A DNA stretch of 62,903 nucleotides, filler included, from Jimgerdemannia flammicorona (taxonomy: Eukaryota): NCBI GenBank assembly GCA_003990765.1. It is 2 parts of 2 records of this genome, joined end to end, with 100 filler letters (N's around TTAATTAATTAA, not from the genome) between each part and the next. Parts side by side here need not be neighbours in the genome. Positions count along the whole stretch, not along the records: positions 1 to 31,409 come from RBNJ01000402.1; 1 more part is not named here. One strand, written 5' to 3'. The notes beneath the pieces are model-generated. The model was not told the DNA's origin. It searched no databases and worked only from the letters and a program-made list of their open reading frames with translations. The position numbers and the translations under genes are program-made. Below, piece after piece: positions 1 through 12,884 of the stretch. How positions within the stretch are numbered: position 1 is the first letter of the stretch; each line of letters starts with the position of its first letter.

Positions 1-3000
1 TACTAAACCTCGACGTCTGCCCCCCTGAGGTCCCCAACCCACCCACCATCCGGTCAGCAGATCCCCCACCAACTCCTCCCACCTTAACACCTTCTCACGT
101 AACCCCAACCACTGCCCCTCCTCAAATACGAAAAGCCAATGTCCCACCAGTCCCACCCATACTGCTAACACCCATCCTACAGTGAGCCAACTGTCCCCAA
201 CCCCACCCACAAGCCAAGATTTGAAGACCTCCCAGTGACCCCTCTCCCCCACCCGCCTATGCCCAACACCCAATCTATCCCCTATCTCAGCCCAAAATTC
301 CCCCAAGACCTCACACTCCTCCAGCCAATGTTCCGGCATCTGTACATAACCCCCAGCTTGCCCAACATCATAACACTCCTCGCAGTCAAATTGTCCACCC
401 TCTACTAGATGCCCTGAGTGGAAATTCAGCATGACATTCCTCCGCAACATTCTCCACCATACCACCCAGTACTTGGGAGGGAGCCACCTCCGGACCTCAG
501 CACTCCAAGACCAGATGCCTGCCCAGTCCCACTCCTCTCCAATTCCAACTGCCTGCCAGCTACTTGGCCAAAGGTCCCGGCCAAGCCCCTGCTGACACTC
601 CACCCCCTCTCCAATATCGAACACAGCTAGGGGAGTACCCCCTAGGAGCAGACTATCCCAATGCCATATATCAGGCCCCCACACCACCTCCCCCTCATTA
701 CCCTGCCAGCGCAGGCTAATTCGGTGTGCTCCCTCGGCCACTCCTCACCAAAACCCCTTGAACCGCAGTCGCCGAACTCCATTCAGCCCCACCAAAGAGA
801 GCAGATCCCCGGAGGACCCTCGAGGGGAGGTTCATATCTCCCATACCTTCTGCAGCAGAGGCACCCAACCCCTACCCTGCAATTCCACAGCTCTCCTCAA
901 CCACCAGGCCCTCAAGCAGTGCAGCCTCTTAGGGAAATCCACCAGGCCCAGACCTCCCCTGACTACCGGTCTCACCAGAGTATCCCAACTGACCTGGGAC
1001 CTCCTCCCCGCCCAAATCCAGTCCCTAGCCACCTTCATTAGCTTCTTCACCACCCATGCTGGGAAGTCTAGGTGATACGCCACATACTACAGCTTCGGGA
1101 ACCAATATACATTCAGGATTGACACCCACCCTGCTAGAGAGATATGGCGGCCACCCCATCCTTGAAGGGCCTCCCCCCAACTGTTCACCCTGCCCTCCCA
1201 CCACACTCGTGGTAAGACAGAACCATATACAGAGAGGAAGATGCCCAGATACCGCACCACCTCACCAGTAGGGACAATTGTTCCAATGACATCCCCACCC
1301 ACTAACCCATTCCCTAGCACCATTGTCTCGCACTTATGCCAGTTGAGTTTTGCCCCCGAATGGGCCTCATACCATTCCACAGTCCCCTGAAGTACCTCTA
1401 CATCTGCCACCGACCCAAGTCCAACCACCATATCATCAGCAAAGGCCCCCACCTTCCACACTATGCCAAATATAGAGAGCCCCGCTATCTTCCGGCGAAT
1501 CCTATCCAACAATGGTTCCAGTGAAAGGGCATAGAGAATCGGGGACAGAGGGTCCCCCTGAGGTACTCCCCTTCCTAAAGAAAAAGCCCTCCTGCGATAA
1601 CTATTACATGTCAGAGCTGCCCAACTACTTTCCAGCAGACTCAACATAGAGGCCCGAAATGTTGGGGGAACACCAATGTGGTCCAACACCTTTCTCAGCC
1701 ACACCCACCGTACACAGTCATAGGCCTTCTCCTGGTCCAGAAAGACCAACCTTCCATCCAGCCTACAGGCCCAGGCCCCCTCAATGACCCCATGAACCCA
1801 TGCAGTCCCATCTCAGATTAGCCTACCCCCAACAAAGCCCCTCTGCTCTTCTCCCAGCACCTGTTGGGCAACCTTCTACAGCCTCGCGACAATCACCTTA
1901 GTCACCATCTTCCTGTCCATATCCAGTAGCATGATTGGCCTCCAGTTCTTCCAGTCTTCCCTTCTTCCCTTATCCTTGTACAGTAGGGCCACCAGCCCCA
2001 AATCCTGCTCTCCAACCCATGTACCACTCTGAAGGACATGGTCACAAAGACCAGCCATCTCGCCCAACACTCCGGGGACATTCACCATCTTCTTCCAGAA
2101 GTCCCACGGCAATCCATCCTCTCCTGGTGCTGTCCCAAGCTTAGTTGCTGCCAGGATACCCTGGATCTCCTCTCCCTGGACTGGCAAGATCAAGTCCCCC
2201 AGTCCATCAACCTACGGTGGTTCCCACTCCTCTAGTGAATCCGCAATCTCAGTCCCATCCGCACCCTCTTCTCCCTCACTCCACAAACCCTGCCATCTCT
2301 CCTTCAAGACCCCCAGGATTTGTTGCATGCCATGAACCATGTTCCCATCGGCATCCAGGACCCCATCCCACCGATGGCGCACCTGCCTAGCTTTGAGAAG
2401 TCTTGATAAGTACCTAGTAGGCCGCTCACCCTCCTCAAGCCCCTGCCACTGCAGCCTAGCAGCCATGCCCTGCATATGTACATATCTCCTCCTCTTCCCT
2501 CAGTACTTGTTGTAGTTCCACTACCTCCAATTTCGCCCTCTCTATCCTCCAATCCTCCACCCCCGCAACAGTGAGCAAGTCTGCCCAATCCACTTGTAGT
2601 CTCCGCAGCCTGCTGGAAGCACACCTCATGTGCCTCCTTCTCAGCCTCCCAGCCTCCCTACTGGCCTCTCCCCAATAAACCCTTGCAGCCTCTTTCAATC
2701 GCATCCAACAGACAGCCACAGGCAAACCCTCATGCTTCCAAGTACAAACTTTTGCCTGAATATCCTCCACCCAAAGTTCCCAAAGCCCCTTCTCAGCCAG
2801 CAGGGAGGAGTTAAGGCACCAATGTCCGGGTCCATCTCCACTCCCCCCAAACTGCCCCTGCTCCAATAGTCCCCAGTGATCAGACCATGGGCACCACTCC
2901 ACTTCCAACGTCTTCCAAACATCCGAACCCCAGTACTCTGCCATCAGAATCCAGTCAATCCTTGTGCCCAGGCCATTCACCCAATGTGTATAGACCCTGA

Positions 3001-3556
3001 CATCACCCCACCTCGTTCTGCCCATATCCCCCAAGGAGCTCAACGTCTCCACCTCCTCCCATGTATCCAGACCTCCACTCCTACCCCCGGCACTCCTCCC
3101 TCCATCAGTTCTGTCTAGACGCTGATCCCGAACCATATTAAAGTCCCCACCGAGAACATCTACCCCTTCCTCCAAGAGAGTACCCTCCTCCAGCAATCCC
3201 TTAATCCAAGCAGTCCACTCACCCCTAGCCACAGGGCAGTAGCAAGAGCCCACCTTCACCGATTCCCAACCTGGCCGATGTCAATCTCCCCAGACCAAGT
3301 GATCACCTCAGCTCCTGATTCCCCCCAAGTCTCCTCTGCCTTTCCTCACCAGAATTGCTACCTTTCCAAACCATGCAGCAGCCCCCCCCCACTCCTTAGT
3401 CCACTCTGCCTGATCGTCCTCATCCTCACATCAAACATCCTGTAGTAAAAAGAGATCAGCCTCCAATCCCTTGAGCCAAGTAAAAATGTTCCTATGCCGC
3501 CCAGAACCCCGTAGCCCATTCACATTCAAGGAAAAAATGTTGGTTGTACTGTTCAT
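1..3556 (-). pseudogene. LINE ORF2 (APE endonuclease - reverse transcriptase - zinc finger), multiple stops and frameshifts
   Basis: ATG at 3556 (MNSTTNIFSLNVNGLRG). Fragments 2456..3259, 2212..2475, 1876..2193, 1087..1749, 832..1083 and 426..614 carry consecutive EN and RT motifs. Confidence 0.92.
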
Positions 3557-3628
3557 AAAGAATAATAATATATAACAAAGCCCATCCTCTATAAGTCGGC
3601 ATCCTGTCTCTCCTGCGCCAGGTCCAAG

Positions 3629-5626
3629 TTATGTAAGTTCAGCAGTCAGTTCCCTCTCCCCAGCTTTCCGTGCCTCCAACTCCTCCAGAAGTTCGACCAT
3701 CACCCCATCCTCATGCTCCTCAAAATCCTTGCGATACTCCAGATATGCCTCCTGCCAGAGCTGTAGACCCCGACGCTCTGCCCAATAGTAGGCTGCCCGC
3801 TCAGCAGCGACCACCTCCAGGTCTGCCTTCCTCATCTCATCCACCTCATATCCCTCCTCCTCCAGCAAAATCGCCAGAATCTCCACCTTCAGTGCCTCCA
3901 CCATTCCATCCCCACACAGGATCCTTGCCCAATGCTCCTCAGGCATCGCCCACAGGTCTACCTCCCCTAATGCTTCTGCTGCAAGGTTATCCATCACCTT
4001 GCATACCCACAACAAGTTCCCCACCTCTTTCCCTCCTGGAGTCTCTGGTCGCCCTGCATCCAACATCGTAGTATCAGCTCCTACACTAGCAGCCTCATCC
4101 CACTCCTCCTCAGGGACATCCACCAGCTCATCCTCGCCAACTGCCACCACTTGACCCCCTTGAGCCACATCAGGGACCCCAAAGCGCACCTGCTGGGCCC
4201 CCTGCATCCGTGTATCCTCCGGCCTCTCTCACATCCCCACTGGGCCCCTCCTGATAAGTGGGGGGGGGGTGGCATCCAACTCCAGCTCCCACACTTCAAA
4301 GGTACCATCAGCAAATGGGTCCTTGACCAGCCCCTTCCCAGTCCCTGCCTCCTTCGCTTCCACCTCCTCTCCTCCTTTACCAGCCCAGACACTGGCCTCA
4401 GCACCCCCAGACTCCTCAGCTTCACCCGACTGCTTCTTCCCCCCACCTGTCATATCCGCCAACAGCTTCTTCTGCCTCTTACATCTCTGGATCCACTCCC
4501 ACTGCTTCTTATCCATACGGATACATCTCCCGCCCATAACCTCCAGATGTATCGATTCCTCAAACAATTTCCAGGCCTTCGCCCTCCTCTCTACAGCACC
4601 ACCCAACTCCTCCAGCGCCTCCAACAAGTCCTCCTCCTCCTCTTCACCCCCCTTCACCCTCGATACCTTGCAGATGACAGCCCCCCACATCAGCACCGAG
4701 GGCCAGTCACTCTGCTTCCCTGTGGCCTCTTTCCCTGCCAACCTAATCCTGACATCGACATCGCCCGTCCTGATAGTCATCCCCTCCCACAATTGAAATC
4801 CAATGTCCACCACATCGCCATACTCAACCATCACCTCCTCCACCCTCCTTCTAGTCTCCTCCTTAGTCACCATGGGCACTCCTCTCACCAGCAGCTGCAC
4901 GACCCTGGGGTCCCACCTCAAGCACCTAACCATGGGGACCACTACCTCCCCAACCACCACTCCTGTCTTCATGGCCTCGTCCAGTAGGCCTGCCTCCTCA
5001 AAGCCCACCTCAACCCCCTCCATGCCCTTCAAGAACTTCACTGAGGCCGCACCAGCCACCTGCTTCGAGATAAGCCCCAGGACCATCCTCACCATCACCG
5101 CCAAGCCCCGGAAGCACAAGGTAGCTGCGAACTCCGAGATTGACTTCTTGAGCAATGGGGCCACCGCCAGTCCTGTTACACCATCAGCCAGGTCCCCCTT
5201 CCGCATCGGGAGCCCCTGCCCCCCCTGGCCATCAACTGTCACATCTCTTTTTTTTTCCAGATTCACCATCACGCCACCATCAGCAGTCCCACCACTACCC
5301 CCAGCCGCCCCTCCACTTCCCCCACCTCCCCCCAGCGAAGGTCTAGCTCCCCCAGTGGTTCCATCCTTCTGCTTCCCCTTCTCTCCTGCCAGTCCACCAC
5401 GAGTGCCCATCGGCCAGCCCCCACCCCTCAGTATGTCTGCAAAGCTCCTCCCCTGCTTCCCTCCAGCCCCCCCACCAGTGCCACCACCACTACCCGAGCT
5501 GCCCTGCCCACTTGAGCCACCGAAAGACCCCATCCCCAATCTATACCCTCTCTCGACAGTCTGCCAGTCGAAGGCCCCAGGTCCACCCGACCTAGTACGT
5601 ACGTCGGCTTGCTTGCTGGTTGACAT
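3629..5626 (-). pseudogene. LINE ORF1 (Gly-rich N-terminus, RRM-like middle, acidic helical C-terminus), one in-frame stop
   Basis: ATG at 5626 (MSTSKQADVRT). Track ORFs 4229..5647 and 3629..4207 are in the same frame, separated by a TGA at 4229-4231. Homologous to 14556-16580. Confidence 0.85.
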
Positions 5627-5714
5627 TACCTTAGTATCTTTCTCCAATAAACACTACGAAAGTGTGTTGAAAAGTGTGTGTAACGTGAATTGTAGTGGAG
5701 AGAGATGCAGACCT

Positions 5715-6229
5715 GGCCTGACTACCTCAGCCAACAAGGAGAAGTAATCCACAAACTACTCTTCCTAGACAACTACTTCATCAGAGATGATGTCATCAAT
5801 GGTGATATCATCAAAGACTACCCAGACAGTATCTAAACCTATAAATAGCTTAGCAGTCATAGTATAGTTAAATTAGTCTTATATGACATGACTGTGAACT
5901 GACTCAGCAGTCAGATGATCTCTTGACATATCAGATCACACTTATACTATGTGACTGTATTCTGACTCAGTAAGGTACTTAGTGCTATATCCATATTTAG
6001 TATAGTCTAGATAGTCCCTCACTAGTATAAATACCCCCTCCCCCAGACCTCAGAATCTCAGACCTGAACAATCCAAATACAACTCCTGAGCACTTCTCCA
6101 CAATATCCCCTTATACAACTACTCCTAGTATAGCAATATCATGAATAGCAAATAAACCTATTTAATAACCCACAAACTACTCTTAAGTAAATCTACTCTC
6201 TATTAGGCCCCACTCCTAACTCTGTCACA
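5715..6229 (+). mobile_element. Probable 3' part of a decayed solo LTR interrupted by the LINE
   Basis: Short internal repeats (TGACTG/TGACTCAG), TATAAATA at ~6026, AATAAA at ~6151, and a ..TGTCACA end at 6229 as in Ty3/Gypsy LTRs. No second LTR seen. Confidence 0.35.
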
Positions 6230-7748
6230 AAATTTCTTAATTGGATATTGTCTGCAGTGATATATCAATTCAACTAAACTGGTCTTAGTTTCTTGAACTT
6301 CCTGAAATACAGAAAATCCTGAACATCCAGAACTAGTCCAAGAAAGGACTTTGGTTGAGATGTCAACCCAATCTTGAAATCAATAAGTATAGAGGATGTA
6401 CTCTATATGAAATTGATCTTGACTATAAGAAAACAGTCTTTCAGAACATCCTGAACTTCCAGAAAACCCTTTCAGAACTATATAATGATTATCCTAAAAA
6501 GCAACCCTCTTACAACTACTTAAACTTCTCAGTCTAGATAGTAGCTAGATTGTTTAAACTTATTAAGAACTGGATTTAAGCTAAGAGGAGATCTTAGATA
6601 GAATGTTTTAGACTCTTTCTCTCAAACTATACTGATCAAAAGGCCTGGATGGAAATTGGATCTCTATAGTATAGGAAAAGTGGGGCTATCAGTATCTCAA
6701 GATTGGGTATATCAGAAGTAGTGAGAGAAGAGGAGCCTAATAGTATCAGGTTGCTCTAATCTCAAGACTATAGTTTTCAAGAATTTAAGGTTTTTATTGT
6801 TTTATAGACTAGATAGTATAATACAGGCTCTGAGAGCTACTGGTAATAGTATAAGGAGTTGAGAAGTCTTTTTTCTAGTAAAGTGGCCAGCTTTATAGTA
6901 AGCATTCTATTATTAGTATACTTTGGTAGACTGGGAGATATAGATCAAGCTCTTAGACTTTCTTTTATACTAGGGGGACTTTGCTATATCTTCAAGATAT
7001 AGAGATGATTCAGGTAATTTCAGAAGATACTCAGAGGATTTCAAAAAGCATAACAGATAATTGGTCAAGATAGATGAGATAATTTTGATATATAGTATAT
7101 GTAATGGTAACTGATGATTGGCTAGCAGTAATACAATATTTAGCAAGATGATCAGCAGAGTGACAACTTCACTACTTTGGAGAGGGAGAGCTGATAGATT
7201 AGGTATAGTACTGTTGAAGTACTCAAGATTCTGGGGTCATGTCTAGCAGCCCTTTTGAGTAAGACCAGGTATAAATCAGTACCCACTTGAGATACTGGGG
7301 TCACAAGCCAGATAATGACCTCTAACTTAGAGTAGGGTAAAGAGAGTAGTAGTCAGATAGCAGATCTATTTATTAAGTATATAGATTGATACTGAGCAGC
7401 TAAGGTGAGATAGAGTAACTCATTATTGAGAATTTCTCAGATCTATATACTATTTTATTTCTTACTTTACAATTGTATATATTATTTGTATGAGGGGACT
7501 AGTTGTGGTCTTAGTGGGGGCATTGTTATTGATAAGAAAAGAGGGGTAGGAGTAGCTCAGGGTAAAGTAAACTAGACTCCAGCCACCTTAGCCTTACTAA
7601 GATTAGATATCAAATTACCTGAAGCTACTCTGTTCAGGGCCTGACTTTACTTACTTTCTTGTCAGAAAATCTGAAGGATGTTTTCCTACTATTTACTTTA
7701 TAACTATATTTTGAATAAATGAGTGTAGAAAAAAAAAAAAAAAAAAAA

Positions 7749-8650
7749 TCTCAGATAAGCTAAGAGGTCTTATTCTTACTGGTAGATTAAGGAGAATTAG
7801 AGCTGATAGATTTCCTAAGGAGGTTGTATTGTATATAAGCATGGTGGTTGAAACAGGCTACTGAACTCATAGTAGTAGATAGATTCCTCTATTACAGATG
7901 ATCTAGAAGATGAGATACTCTCTCAGAGAATCCTCAGAAGATCTATTGCCCTTGGTGGATCTGGGCAATAGTAAGAGGCTATACTATAAGAGGTTCTGAT
8001 ATAGAGTAGTAGAAGGTCTATATCATATTGGGCTCTAATAGTAAGATGATAAGAGTGAGATACAGTAAGGTCTAGAAATGTAAAGATGGAAGAGACTGCT
8101 GCTGGAGGGTGCTCTTCTGATTGATTTTGATATTAGAGATAGAGTAGAGTATTAATGAGATTTGGGATAGGATCTGTGACCTAAGAAATAACAAGCAGTA
8201 GGAGTGAAACTGAGCAGGAGTCTGGATGTAGAGTACTGAAGTATGGCAATAGCTTCTCTCTAAGTTCTAGAGAGTATAGTAGTAAATGTTAAGATGGAAT
8301 ATCATGTTGAATTTTTGCTCTGGGTACTTAGTAGATGGGGGGTTTTTTAATTGTAAAGAGTACTATAATGTGAGACAAGTGGGGAGTTTTGTTCAGATAC
8401 CAGAACATTGACTGGAAGAGTGTAAAGTGCTGAGGAACTTTTGGATAGCAATAAGTAATTGACTTGATATTAAAAGGAGAGCAGATGGAGAGAGAGATCA
8501 TTAGAAGGATCTGAGGGAGAGGTTGGTGAGAGATACAGATAATGAATAACTCACTTTAGAGTAGATGTTAGCTATATAGGTAGAATTAGCTATCTATTGG
8601 CTTTAAGTATTTTGAGGAGAGACAGTAGTTAAGTAAGAGAGAGACTTCTT
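7749..8650 (+). mobile_element. Highly decayed family A LINE fragment (ORF2 C-terminal part)
   Basis: Translates with stops to SQISxEVL..GELELIDFLRRLYCIxAWWL and IPEHxLEECKVLRNFW, matching the C-terminus of ORF2 in the copy at 1-5714. Confidence 0.8.
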
Positions 8651-9409
8651 TTGTTCAAATAATATAGAGTAAGCTAAGTTACACAAGCATTCTTTGGTGA
8701 AAAATAATATGTTTAACTATTTTCACTTTAGCAAACAAGGTATGCATAGTGTGGCAGGAGTTTGGTGACTATCTACAATAAGTTTTATTAAAATCTGATA
8801 AGTTTTAAATATATAGTAAGTCAAAATTCTTCTGACTCTAAGTGCTTAGAGAGGAGAAGGTCTGGCTTAGGCCTACTCAAGAGTTTTGTGGTAGTTGTGG
8901 GAGCTGGTACTATAGTTGATAGAGTGAGTAGTCAGGGGAGGCCTATTGATATCAAAAGCTGATATACTATAGTGGTGGGCAGAAGGGCTGCTGCTAGGTC
9001 CATAGGAGTAGGGTAGGGGGGATATAGTGTTGATAGGAGAAGGAGTCAAGTGATTGATAAGATAACTGGTCATATGTCTGGTAGGGGCAAAGGTCTGATA
9101 GTATGATGGCCAGAACTGGTTCTTTTAGAGCTAGACTGGTGGCTGGGGAAGTGACTATAGCTATAACTAATAGGGTAATAGTAGAAGTTTCTAGAAACAA
9201 AGAGAAGGTAACATTGATAGCTAAAATAGATGAACTGGTAGTGTGCCTATTCTTCTATAAGGCTGTATTGATGTAGGCTATCTCTGTCAACTTCTTAGGG
9301 CTTAGGCTGTTAGCCATAGCTAGTGGGTGAAGAGATTGCAGAAGCTGAGTCTTTGAAGTTTATTCCTTCAGTAGAGATAGTAAAGGTTGGCTTCATTGAG
9401 GAGAATACT

Positions 9410-10740
9410 ATGGGGAGGTCACCACATCTCGCTAACAGGCTGGGTATTGATTCTGAATGTCTACTGATTCCCTAAGCTGTAGTATATTACTTATCACTTG
9501 AACTTCCCAGCTTGGGTGGTGAAGAGACTAATGAAGCTAGCTAGGGCTTGGATTTGGACTGAGAGGCAGTCCCGGATTAGTTGGGATATTCTATCATTGT
9601 CAGTAGTGAGAAGAGGGCTAAGACTGATGGATCTTCCTAAGAGACTTCACAGCCTGAGAGCTTGGTAGCTGAAGTGAGCTACTGAACTATGGAGAGCAGA
9701 ATGGGTGCCACTGATACAGAAGGTATGGGAGATGAGGTTCTCTCCAAGAGGGTCCTCAGGGGACTTGCTATCATTAGTGGGTCTGGGTGAGAGCTATCAG
9801 TTAAGGTATAAAGACTTTTGGTAAAGAGTAGTGGAGAGAGCTCACTATATTGATTTGTATTAGTATAGCAATGAAGAGGAGATGCTATGGGGTACAGAGA
9901 TGTGGCAATGGGACAGACTGCTATTGGGGGTACTCTACTGATTGAGTTTGACATTAGTAATGGAGTGGAGTATTAGAGGAGATTGGGTCAGAATATCTGA
10001 CCTGCCAGTTGGCAAGCAGTGGAGATTAGTAAGGAGTGAGACTGGACAGGTATCTAGTCATGGAGTGCTGAGGTAAAAAGGTGGCTTCCTTTTAAGTTCT
10101 GAATAGTATGGTGGAGAATGCTTCAGAGAAATGTCATGTTGAATTTCCACACTGGGCATCTGATGAATAGGGGAAGATTGGACTGTAAGGAGTGTTATAA
10201 TGTTAAACAAATTGGGGAATTTATACAGATGCCAGAACATTGACTGAGAGAGTGTGAGGTTCTGGAGGACTTTTGGTTAGCAGTAGATAGACAGTTGGGG
10301 GTTAAGAGGAGACCAGATGGGGAGAGAGGTTGATGGGAAGGCTTGAGAACTAGGTTGGTGGAAGGTATAGGCAATGAATGGCTTACTATAGGGTGGGTTT
10401 TAGCTATATGGATAGGGCTGGCTGAATATTGGCTCTTTGTTTTTGAGGAGAGGTAATAGTTGAGTCTGCAAGAGAAGTTGTTAAGATGGGAGGGGTTATT
10501 GGGAGATTTATTGACAGAGTGGTGGATGGGTTGGGGTCCCCAGAGTGAGTGCTGTTACTGTCTGATAGAAGAAATCTGCAAACAGAGTAGTGGACAGGTT
10601 ATGATGATTAATGACCTAGTAGTCTTTAATTATGATAGGGTGGGGAGAGGAGGGCCCTCTAGAGGGATCAGATAGTAGTGGGCTTAATGTATTTATATTG
10701 GATAGATAGATGTATTAATAAAGAATAGAGTCCAAGAGAC

Positions 10741-10796
<56 letters not shown>
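9410..10796 (+). mobile_element. 5'-truncated family A LINE with intact 3' end and long poly(A)
   Basis: Starts at WGGHHISL..PKL..YHL.FPAWVVKRL. Ends AATAAA..AGTCCAAGAGACTAT + poly(A) at 10744-10796. Confidence 0.9.
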
Positions 10797-10798
<2 letters not shown>

Positions 10799-10957
10799 TA
10801 CTTCATATAGAACTTAAGAAAGCTAACAATGTCAAAACCAATCTAAGTCTATCTATGTAACAGATATTATTACTAGGAATTGCCTCAGATTATAAGAAAT
10901 ACTATTTTCAAGAGGTTCAAACCCCCAGCCATAACAATAAGAGCTCTTGTCCTAGAC

Positions 10958-11025
10958 AAGGATGATCAGTCCTTTTTTTTTTATTTTTTATTTTTTTTAT
11001 TTTTTTTTAAGGATGGTCAGTCCTT
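10958..11025 (-). mobile_element. Poly(A)-only retrotransposition scar with target-site duplication
   Basis: AAGGATGATCAGTCC (10958-10972) and AAGGATGGTCAGTCC (11009-11023) flank a T-rich tract. Confidence 0.75.
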
Positions 11026-11384
11026 GCAAATATACCAACAAGACAAAAAAAAAAGGAGGCTAAGATCTGTCAACTCTGTGTAACCACAACTGCAAGTGAT
11101 GATTTCTTTGAAATCAGGATTTCCTTATATGACTAGCACATACCCCACTTATAGCAATAAGTCAAACATTCTGCTGGAAAGTATGATCAAATTATGGTTA
11201 TACCAGACAGGCAAATAAGTATAAATACCTAAGAGAAGAATATACTACAACTCTTATCCCCCTCTTTTCACAAAGAAAAGACAAGACAAAAATACCTGCT
11301 ATCTGCTGTTAAACTGCCTACTGTAGCCAGCCCCTCCCAAGTCAGGTTGACCACCTCTTTGGACATATCTAGGTTATTATTCAA

Positions 11385-12008
11385 AGAAGAAACTACTGCT
11401 CTGAGGCCCTTAACCTCTCTAGCAAGGACCTTGGACAGTATGTTCTTGACTACCATGAACTTATCAAAAGGATCTATCTAGCTACCAGCCAGCTAGAGAT
11501 CTGGTATAAATATGAAATTGGTCATCAGCTTCTTCAATATATAAATGGCCTACCCACTGACCAGATCTCAGACTGAACCCACCTAGACAGGCATGAGCAA
11601 AGACTTGCCAAGAAGGTCTATCAAATCATACACCATACACCCTTTATGATCTCTAATCTCAACTACATATAACTGAAGGACTTTCAGAATCTCCTCTTTT
11701 CTGAGATTGATGAGCTAGAGATCAAGGTAGCCCAGGAAGCTAACTTCTGGATTACTCTCAAGTCTACTGATATCAAACTCTACTGGAGCCCCTTCCTGAA
11801 TGACAACTCAGACCAATGGCTCCAAGGTCTCTCTGACCTCTTTGAAGAACCATCCATCTGAATGGATATCTCTAGGCATGAGAATCAAGAACCCTACTTG
11901 GATGGCCCCAACTATATTAGATGGAGACTCCTACCCCAATGTCTATATCAGTTTAAGAACCATTTGCAGACCTTATTGACTTCTCTATCCTGGACACTAA
12001 GCCATTAG
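11385..12008 (+). pseudogene. Decayed ORF of unknown family, probably TE-borne
   Basis: About 208 codons in one frame with three internal stops (RRNYCSEALNL..YEIGHQLL..AKKVYQII..KDFQNLLFSEIDEL..). Essentially no CpG, like the surrounding TEs. Confidence 0.5.
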
Positions 12009-12884
12009 TGACTATCCCCCCAGCTACTGAAGAAGAGGATAAAAATACTGAGGAGAATTCTCCATCTTTCTCTCTCCTGATTCTCAATTTCTGAATCAAT
12101 GAGGATGTTGATTTCTAAGGAGAGAAGGATATAATAGAATGAATGAGTGAATAGATAAAATGTGATGAGACAAGCAATCATATGACCCAGTAAGTGATGA
12201 TATCATACAATTGAGCATAATATATAAGATTATGAATGATAGATGAATAATACAAAATGATGCAAAAAATAATATCCAGCTTATTTCTAACAATTGGTAC
12301 TATAGGAACTATTGCCACAGTAGCTGATCATTGTCTAGTAATTGAGGTTCTGATCACAAAGTATTTTTTACCATAAACCATCTGACAAAGGTCATGATCA
12401 CAAATCTCACTATAGTTACCAAATTAGTCACTCAAACTTAGTCAGAAATTGCAGACCAACTTGTATAAATATCTTCCAGTTTCTATTCAAAATAAAGCAG
12501 TTTTAGATCAATCCTTGATACAAGAATCAAGTTCTCCCCCATATACATACATTCCCCTGAGTCTTAGTAATGACATCTTAGTGACTCTAGTGTTTCTAAT
12601 TAAACTTCAGAAGCTTAGCTAACTTCAGTCAGAACTGAGATTGGTATATAAATCCTCAAAGACTTAAGTAAACTCATTGAATCTGAATTCTAAAGCAAAT
12701 TCAGTCTATATATAATAAAGAATAAGACTCTTAAAAGATAGGGCAAATAAGAAAGACCTTTGAAAGATAAGGTACTGCCACTACAACTACTTTCAAGTGA
12801 GTACTTTCTCAAACTAAAGACTTCTTAATATACATTATATACTGAGTCTCTAAGTAATATCTTATTTCCCTAAGTATCCAAAGA

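Larger units (their letters stand above)
1..5714 (-). mobile_element. L1/Tx1-clade non-LTR retrotransposon, family A, youngest copy (3' end runs off the left window edge)
   Basis: Minus strand has ORF1 then ORF2 with APE endonuclease motifs (SLNVNGL, GGDFN, IDWIL, WSDHW), RT motifs (PGEDG, WRPI, DQEKAYD, PQGDPLSP, FADD, RYLG, GGLGL) and a C-terminal CxxC..H..C. The 5' end (AGGTCTG..) is set by similarity to the start of the copy at 14469. Confidence 0.95.

Noticed and set aside
4151..5747. Long plus-strand ORFs (278, 175, 314 aa), and the 358-aa minus-strand ORF at 14535-15611
   Set aside because: Antisense shadows of G-rich LINE ORF1, with Ser/Pro/Thr-biased composition and no motifs.
6230..7730. 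Identity of the decayed CpG-free segment (also 8650-9410 and 12300-12880)
   Set aside because: Clearly repeat-like in composition but too mutated to assign to a family.
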